Part shown: positions 38,897-44,525 of the stretch, in pieces
Layout: each line of letters starts with the position of its first letter
Numbering within the stretch: position 1 is the stretch's first letter
Origin: an uncultured Janthinobacterium sp.
Lineage (GTDB): Bacteria > Vulcanimicrobiota > Vulcanimicrobiia > Vulcanimicrobiales > Vulcanimicrobiaceae
Reading direction: 5' to 3'
Length of the DNA stretch: 44,525 bases
NCBI GenBank assembly: GCA_964658025.1
Contig: CAZZXB010000001.1
Location: 13,320-57,844 of the forward strand
Notes under the pieces: generated by a model
Databases searched by the model: none
What the model was told of the DNA's origin: nothing
What the model saw: only the letters and a program-made list of their open reading frames with translations
Made by a program: the position numbers and the translations under genes

Positions 38897-39739
38897 ATGA
38901 CCGTTACCGACATGCCCGCCGCGGCGACGCCCGCGCCGCACATCACGCCGCGGAACATCGCCTTCGAGCTCGATGCCGCGCACATCAACGATTGGCTCGG
39001 CGGATCGAAAGAGCGCACGCTTTTCATGAACGCGCTCTCGATGCTGTTCCCCGTCGGCGAGCGCTTCTTCATCCACGCGGTCAACGCGCATCGTAGCCAC
39101 GTGACCGATCCCAAACTCAAGGCCGAGGTCAGAGCGTTCACGCAGCAAGAGGGCCTGCATACGCGCGAACACATCGCGTACAACGACGCGCTGCAGACCG
39201 TCGTCGATGCCGCCGCCGTGGAACGCGATTTCGATTCGTACGTCGAGTGGATGAAATCGGTCGTCGGACCCAAACGCGCGCTCTTGGCGACCTGCGCGTT
39301 CGAGCATTTCACGGCGTTGCTCGGCGAAGCCGTGCTCGATCATCCCGAGCATCTCGCCGGAGCGCGCGCCGACTACGCGCGCATCTGGACGTGGCACGCG
39401 CTCGAGGAACTCGAGCACAAAGCCGTCGCGTACGACGTCTATCGCGCGGCGTTCGGAAAGCGAGCCGACCTCGCGCGCATCCTCCTCATGCCGACGATCA
39501 CGATGCACTTCTTCGGCTTCCTCAACAAGCGCCTCTGGGTGCTGATGAAGGGTCAGGGACTGCACCTCAATCCGATCTCGTGGCTCAAGCTCGGGTGGCA
39601 CATGTTCGGGTATCCCGGCATCTTCCGTCGCCTGATCCCGCAGTATCTCCGATACTATCGCCCGAGCTTCCATCCGAAAGACATCGACAATCGCGCGACG
39701 CTCGCGCGCACGAATTCGGAAGTCGCCGCCTGGGCGTAA
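38897..39739 (+). CDS. predicted metal-dependent hydrolase (PF10118-type, ferritin-like ExxH motifs)
   Basis: FPVGERFF, QEGLHTREH, EHFTA, WHALEELEHKAVAYD and YYRPSFHP. Confidence 0.85.
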   Translation: MTVTDMPAAATPAPHITPRNIAFELDAAHINDWLGGSKERTLFMNALSMLFPVGERFFIHAVNAHRSHVTDPKLKAEVRAFTQQEGLHTREHIAYNDALQTVVDAAAVERDFDSYVEWMKSVVGPKRALLATCAFEHFTALLGEAVLDHPEHLAGARADYARIWTWHALEELEHKAVAYDVYRAAFGKRADLARILLMPTITMHFFGFLNKRLWVLMKGQGLHLNPISWLKLGWHMFGYPGIFRRLIPQYLRYYRPSFHPKDIDNRATLARTNSEVAAWA

Positions 39740-39880
39740 CGACCGACGAACGCACCCCGGACCGTATCGCGCGAGAAGCCGATCGCCGGAGGCTCGCCGA
39801 CGCGACCGATCCGGCTCGCGGCGACGCCGATCCGCGCGCGCGTCGGCGCGACCGAAAATCCGGAGCTATAGCCCGCAAAG

Positions 39881-40387
39881 CTACGCGAGCGTGGCGTCGT
39901 CGTTCGCTCGCCCGAGCACCACGCGCAAGATCCCCGCATCGAGATCGTGTGCGGAGGCGAAGCCGCGGACGAGTCGTCCGCGGATCGGGCGTAGCGCGAA
40001 CGGACGAAAATCGCCGAGCGTGCGCAGCACGCCGACCGTCGAGCCGAGTCGGCGCTCGAGCGCGTCCCAGAGCGCGCGTGCCGCGTCGCTCGCGGGCTCC
40101 GGCCGCACGACGGCGGCTTCGACGGTGAGTCGCGCGCGAGCGTAGGGATCGCCCTCCGCCTCCGCGCCCCCCTCGTCGACGAAGAGGAGCGAGACGCGCT
40201 CGGCGGATGCGAGATACACCCCGTGCGACGCGAGCGTGCTCGACGCGACCGCGACGCCGTGCGCGGTCGTCGCGAAGGGCAGATACGCGATCGCGACGTC
40301 GCCCTCGGGGCCGCGGACGGCGAGCGCGATCCAGCGCTGCGCGCGAACCAAGGCGGATGCGGACGCGACGACGGCGTCGTCCGTCAT
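39881..40387 (-). CDS. HugZ/HutZ-like pyridoxamine-5-phosphate-oxidase-family protein (possibly degenerate)
   Basis: AYLPF, S.LASH...L, SLLFVDE, ARARLT and DF...LRP..GRLVRGF.SA. Confidence 0.7.
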   Translation of the reverse strand: MTDDAVVASASALVRAQRWIALAVRGPEGDVAIAYLPFATTAHGVAVASSTLASHGVYLASAERVSLLFVDEGGAEAEGDPYARARLTVEAAVVRPEPASDAARALWDALERRLGSTVGVLRTLGDFRPFALRPIRGRLVRGFASAHDLDAGILRVVLGRANDDATLA

Positions 40388-40596
40388 CTCATCACCACGT
40401 CGAGACCGTACGTCACGGTTCCGCTCCGGATGCCGACGGTCCCCGAGACCGTCGTGAGGGAGAGATGCGTCACCGAAAACCGCGCGTGCGATTTCGACGC
40501 GTCGACGGATCGGACGAGCCCGTCCGCCCGCGCGCGATCGGAGACGATCGAGATCGCGATGGCGAGCGCGAACGACGAGGCGAGGATGCGACGCAT
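40384..40596 (-). pseudogene. truncated YceI-family protein
   Basis: Signal peptide plus VDASKSHARFSVTHL...VSG YceI N-terminus, but only 70 aa against about 180-200 aa for the family. Confidence 0.6.
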
Positions 40597-40597
40597 A

Positions 40598-40830
40598 TCG
40601 GTATCCGATCGTGTATTGGGCATCGAGCGTGTCTTCGTCGTGTCGGTGCGTCGGCACGTCCTCGATCCCGAAGCGGGTGTTGCGCGTTACGCGATGGCCG
40701 AAGGGCACGACGGGATCGCGGATCAGGCCGTTCGCCCGGTCGTTCGTGCCTTCGTCACGCGCGAGGAAGAACGAGCGTCGACCGGACTCGTACCGGAGTT
40801 GCGCGTACCCGCCGCTCGACATCGTGCTCG
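40598..40830 (-). pseudogene. C-terminal remnant of an outer-membrane beta-barrel gene
   Basis: SGGYAQLRY...TLDAQYTIGY ends in an aromatic beta-signal, followed by CGA T ATG (apparent TGA>CGA) right before the yceI start. Confidence 0.45.
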
Positions 40831-41042
40831 TTCCGGGTAAAGCGCACACCGTCGTGGCCGCTCTAATTAGGAGCGCCTAATTCGTATCCTCTGTAGGCTA
40901 GCGGGCTTTGCGCTATCCATCTGGTGCACGAGGACTGCCCGAAATCGTGAGACGCGTCACCATCGGGCAATGGACCCGAGTTCGCATCCCGTAACACTCT
41001 TAGCCGCTTCGCTTGCCTCAAATAGGAGAACCACCACAAACG

Positions 41043-42473
41043 ATGAGTAACGATCTCCGTCAATTTCTCACGCTTCCGTACGGCAAGCTCGAAGAATTGA
41101 ATCTCAAGGCGAAAAAACAGCGTAGCGACCGCGTCGCCTACGATAAGGTTCAGGAAGAACGGCTCAAATATCTCACGGACGAGTCCGCGATCAAGGCCGT
41201 TACGTTGATGTTCAGCGATCTCGAAGGTCGGCTGCACATGCTCGACTACGATAAAAAATTCTTGGTGAAGTCGTACGACAACCTCACCTTCGACGGTTCG
41301 TCGATCCGCGGATTCTCGCAGCAGAAAGAGAGCGATCTCCGACTCGCGATCGATTGGAACTCGTTCTATTGGGCACCCGCCGACATCTTCGGTGAGGGCA
41401 AGGTTCTCGTATTCGGCGACGTGCTCGGGCGCGACGGCACGCACTACGCGGCCGACGTCCGCGGCGCGCTCAAGGCGTTCTCGAGCAAGATGTTCGAAAG
41501 CGAAGGCTACACGCTCAACGCCGCAAACGAGATCGAAGGCTTCGTGTTCGCCGGCATCGATGCCGAGCGCCGCTTTCACGAGACGCACAAGTTCGAATAC
41601 GTCAACACGGGCGGTTACTATTATTCGTTACCGGGCGATCCGCTCCGGAAGTTCATCGACGACGTCGCCGAAGTGCAGCGCGCGATGGGTTTCGAAAACG
41701 AAAAGGACCATCCCGAGGTCGCGCCGTCGCAGTTCGAGATCAATTACAGCTACGGCGAAGTCGTCGCCGCGGCCGATCAGATCCAGATCTACAAACTGAT
41801 CTGCCGTCAGGTCGCGACGAAGCTCGGCATGACGGCGAGTTTTCTGCCCAAACCCGTCACGAGCGTCAACGGCAACGGCATGCACACGAACGTGTCGATC
41901 AGCAAGGGCGGGAAGAATCTCTTCTGGGACGCGCAGGGCGAAGAACGCCTGAGCTCGCTCGGGTGGAATTTCATCGACCGGATCCTCACGCACGCGAACG
42001 ACATCTGCCTCTCGCTCAACGCGAGCGTCAACTCGTACCGTCGTCTCGATCCGCACTTCGAGGCGCCCAATCAGATCAAGGCCTCCGCGATCGATCGCGG
42101 TTCGATGATCCGCGTGCCGTTCGGCAACGAGCGCAGCGCCCGCGTGGAGGTCCGCTCGGTCGCCCCCGATGCGAATCCGTACATGGTCATGCTCTCGGTA
42201 TTCAAGACGGGGCTGGAAGGATCGAAGAGCGACGATCCCAACATCCGCACCGCCGAGAACTATCTACCCGACAACATCTACGACGCGATCGCGCACTTCC
42301 GCTCGTCCGCGTGGAATTCCACGATGCTCGGTGCCGAGGTGAAAGAACGCTACGCCGATCTCAAACAGGCGAGCGCCGATCGTTGCCCGCGCGCGCTCGG
42401 GACCTTCGTGAAGACGCAAGAAGTTCAGTACCATCACGAAGTCTACAACCAGTATCTCTGGAATCTGTTCTAG
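41043..42473 (+). CDS. glnA: glutamine synthetase (type I)
   Basis: FDGSSIRGF, EIEGF, HPEVAPSQFE, PKP...NGNGMH, SYRRLDPHFEAP and RVEVRS.APDANPY; AGGAG RBS. Confidence 0.9.
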   Translation: MSNDLRQFLTLPYGKLEELNLKAKKQRSDRVAYDKVQEERLKYLTDESAIKAVTLMFSDLEGRLHMLDYDKKFLVKSYDNLTFDGSSIRGFSQQKESDLRLAIDWNSFYWAPADIFGEGKVLVFGDVLGRDGTHYAADVRGALKAFSSKMFESEGYTLNAANEIEGFVFAGIDAERRFHETHKFEYVNTGGYYYSLPGDPLRKFIDDVAEVQRAMGFENEKDHPEVAPSQFEINYSYGEVVAAADQIQIYKLICRQVATKLGMTASFLPKPVTSVNGNGMHTNVSISKGGKNLFWDAQGEERLSSLGWNFIDRILTHANDICLSLNASVNSYRRLDPHFEAPNQIKASAIDRGSMIRVPFGNERSARVEVRSVAPDANPYMVMLSVFKTGLEGSKSDDPNIRTAENYLPDNIYDAIAHFRSSAWNSTMLGAEVKERYADLKQASADRCPRALGTFVKTQEVQYHHEVYNQYLWNLF

Positions 42474-42496
42474 TCGCGACGGTTCGCGACGATGCG

Positions 42497-42751
<255 letters not shown>

Positions 42752-43438
42752 CTACATCGGCGGGACGACGCCGTTCTCGCCGACGATGACGGATTTCGCC
42801 GCGCCCGTCGGAGCCGGGAACACGACGACGTGCGCGCCCTTCACGAGCGCGGATTTCGTCGCCGGCGCGATGCGCACGATCGGCGCGTCCGCGGGGATCG
42901 TCACGATCTTCGTGCCGCCTTTGTAGTTCAGCGTGACGGTTTTCGCCCCGCCGTTCGAAACGTGCGAGACGGTCGCGTTCGTCATCATCGAATGGCCGCC
43001 GCCGCCGCCGACCGTGCCGTTCGTCATCATCGAATGGCCGCCGCCACCGACCGTGCCGTTCGTCATCGCAGAGTGGCCCGTGCCCGCGGGCAGATCCCAG
43101 GCGTAATCGCCTTCGCCCGTTCCGGCCATGCTCTTGGGAAAGACGACGACCTCGAGCGCGCGCGCGCTCGCGGGACCCGGCACGTTCGCGGTGCCGATGA
43201 AGGTCCCGGACGTGATGTCGGAGGCCGCGCCGCGCACGACCCCGGCGACTCTGGTCTTGCCGTCGATCGCGACGTTCTCCGTCCCCGACGGCGTCTCGAC
43301 CGAAAGCGAGGTCGCGCTCACGGAGGCGATGGTCCCGCGAATGTGGTGCGCCGGGGCGTCGGCCGCGGCCGCGCTCGCGACGGTCGCACACATGAGGGCG
43401 ATCCCGGTGACGGGAACGCGAAATTGTCGTAGATACAT
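42752..43438 (-). CDS. exported hypothetical protein with MTNGTV repeats (DUF5666-like beta domains)
   Basis: Signal peptide; ALEVVVFP...GTGEG.YAWDL, repeated SMMTNGTV and C-terminal VG..GVVPPM; start uncertain. Confidence 0.65.
   Translation of the reverse strand: MYLRQFRVPVTGIALMCATVASAAAADAPAHHIRGTIASVSATSLSVETPSGTENVAIDGKTRVAGVVRGAASDITSGTFIGTANVPGPASARALEVVVFPKSMAGTGEGDYAWDLPAGTGHSAMTNGTVGGGGHSMMTNGTVGGGGGHSMMTNATVSHVSNGGAKTVTLNYKGGTKIVTIPADAPIVRIAPATKSALVKGAHVVVFPAPTGAAKSVIVGENGVVPPM
42970..43078. repeat. three imperfect tandem coding repeats (periods 42 and 39 nt)
   Basis: CGTTCGTCAT recurs at 42976, 43018 and 43057, encoding GHS(A/M)MTN(G/A)TV separated by poly-Gly. Confidence 0.85.
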
Positions 43439-43546
43439 GCCCCACATGACCTCGAAGCGGACCGATTGTTTCCGCGATTCGTCGAGGGGAGCGCTTCCGA
43501 GAATCGCGTACTCGCCTAACATCCCGCGACCTCGACTGGAGTCATC

Positions 43547-44525
43547 GTGAATTTTCGTCGTCTTTCATCGGCCGCGCTCGTCTGCGCCGTCGCCTTCGGC
43601 GCATCCGCATCGACCACGCCCGCCGGCACGCGCACGCCCCTTCGCATCCGCGAGGCGGCGCTCGCCTCGCACGCGCGCCCGACCGCGCTCGCCGTCGACG
43701 CGGCGCTCGCGCCGCGAGATCCCGTAACGGCCGATCCGCCGCTGCGCCGTCCGACGACGAAGCCGTGTTCGGAGGTGCTCTTCTCGCACGTGCGTTTCGC
43801 CGATTTCACGCCGAAGACGTTCACGTTCACGCCGACCGCGTGTCGCGGTCCGTGGTCGAAGGTCGTCTTCGATCTCGATCTCACGGTCACGAAGGGTCGT
43901 CAATTCGATCGCACCGTCGAAGTCGGTCTGCGCGGCACGAACATCTATTTCGGCACGACCGCCGAGCCGTCGCGGAACGTCTCGCCGCATTGGAATACCG
44001 AGCGCGACCTCACCGATTATTCGTCGCTCTTCACGAAAACGCAGACGGGACAGATCTCGATCGGCAACGTCGTGAACTCGACGTACACCGGGATCCTGAT
44101 CGGCCGCGGACAGCTCGACTTCTATCCCGCGGACGCGCACAATCCCGCGCCGACCGTTCCCGACGTCGTCGTTCCGCTCGCCGACCAAAACGGCAACGCG
44201 GTCTCGCTCGCCACGACCGCGAGCCAAGACGCGATCTCGTTCGTGCCGCCGACGAACGTAGAACGCGCGTATCTCGACGTCTTCGCGCAGAGCCAGGGCG
44301 GCGACGAGTTCTGGTACACGTGCTTCCCCAACGATCTCGCCGCGAAGCTCAACAACTGCGGGAACACCGCGTTCCGCGAGACGGAAGCGAGCGTCGACGG
44401 AAAACCCGCGGGCGTCGCGCCCGTGTTCCCCTGGATCTACACGGGCGGCATCGATCCGTACCTGTGGCGACCGATCCCGGGCGTGCAGACCTTGAACTTC
44501 AAACCGTTCCGACTCGATCTCACGC
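43547..44525 (+). CDS. peptide-N4-(N-acetyl-beta-glucosaminyl)asparagine amidase A family (PNGase A/H+-like), runs off the window end
   Basis: Absent from the ORF track; manual translation from GTG 43547 (GGAG RBS) gives a signal peptide, GRQFDR, FGTTAEP, DLTDY, DEFWY and FPWIYTGGIDPYLWRPI. Confidence 0.88.
   Translation, partial: MNFRRLSSAALVCAVAFGASASTTPAGTRTPLRIREAALASHARPTALAVDAALAPRDPVTADPPLRRPTTKPCSEVLFSHVRFADFTPKTFTFTPTACRGPWSKVVFDLDLTVTKGRQFDRTVEVGLRGTNIYFGTTAEPSRNVSPHWNTERDLTDYSSLFTKTQTGQISIGNVVNSTYTGILIGRGQLDFYPADAHNPAPTVPDVVVPLADQNGNAVSLATTASQDAISFVPPTNVERAYLDVFAQSQGGDEFWYTCFPNDLAAKLNNCGNTAFRETEASVDGKPAGVAPVFPWIYTGGIDPYLWRPIPGVQTLNFKPFRLDLT

Noticed and set aside
40910..40990. Superficial resemblance of the glnA leader to SAM-I, ykkC or glnA (glutamine) riboswitches
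   Set aside because: The core consensus elements of these families could not be found; kept only as an unclassified structured leader.
42970..43078. Possible mini CRISPR array
   Set aside because: The repeats are in-frame coding units with poly-Gly linkers; there are no unique spacers and no cas genes.

Overview
High-GC bacterial chromosomal window, very rich in CpG and CGATCG. Gene content and the rplI-lonC-dnaB order suggest a diderm Terrabacteria lineage such as Ca. Eremiobacterota/Vulcanimicrobiota (inference). It carries housekeeping genes (rpsR-rplI-lonC-dnaB, glnA), a split histidine-utilisation set (hutF/hutI ... hutH-hutU) and accessory genes: MFS transporter, beta-propellers, class C beta-lactamase, ohr, partner-switching proteins, a decaying OMP-YceI-HugZ operon and a PNGase A-family gene cut by the window end. 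The main signal is an ~18 kb block (about 17.0-35.1 kb) between hutI and hutH. It contains homologues of all five enzymatic components of the levulinate/4-hydroxy-acid pathway (LvaE-like CoA ligase, LvaD-like SDR, LvaA kinase, extended LvaB, ACAD10/11/LvaC-type dehydrogenase). lvaD-lvaA-lvaB are translationally coupled to a class III PHA synthase (phaE-phaC), a hydrolase, a second CoA ligase and a ThDP enzyme. A Rieske protein, a PQQ dehydrogenase with a lanthanide-type motif, AldA and a putative outer-membrane protein follow. This looks like a diol/lactone/4-hydroxy-acid-to-polyester system. Nearby is an MLDSR/Rv0474-like regulator paired with a phasin-like gene. No tRNA, rRNA, CRISPR array, integrase or transposase was seen. 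All family calls come from motif recognition and recall, not database searches.
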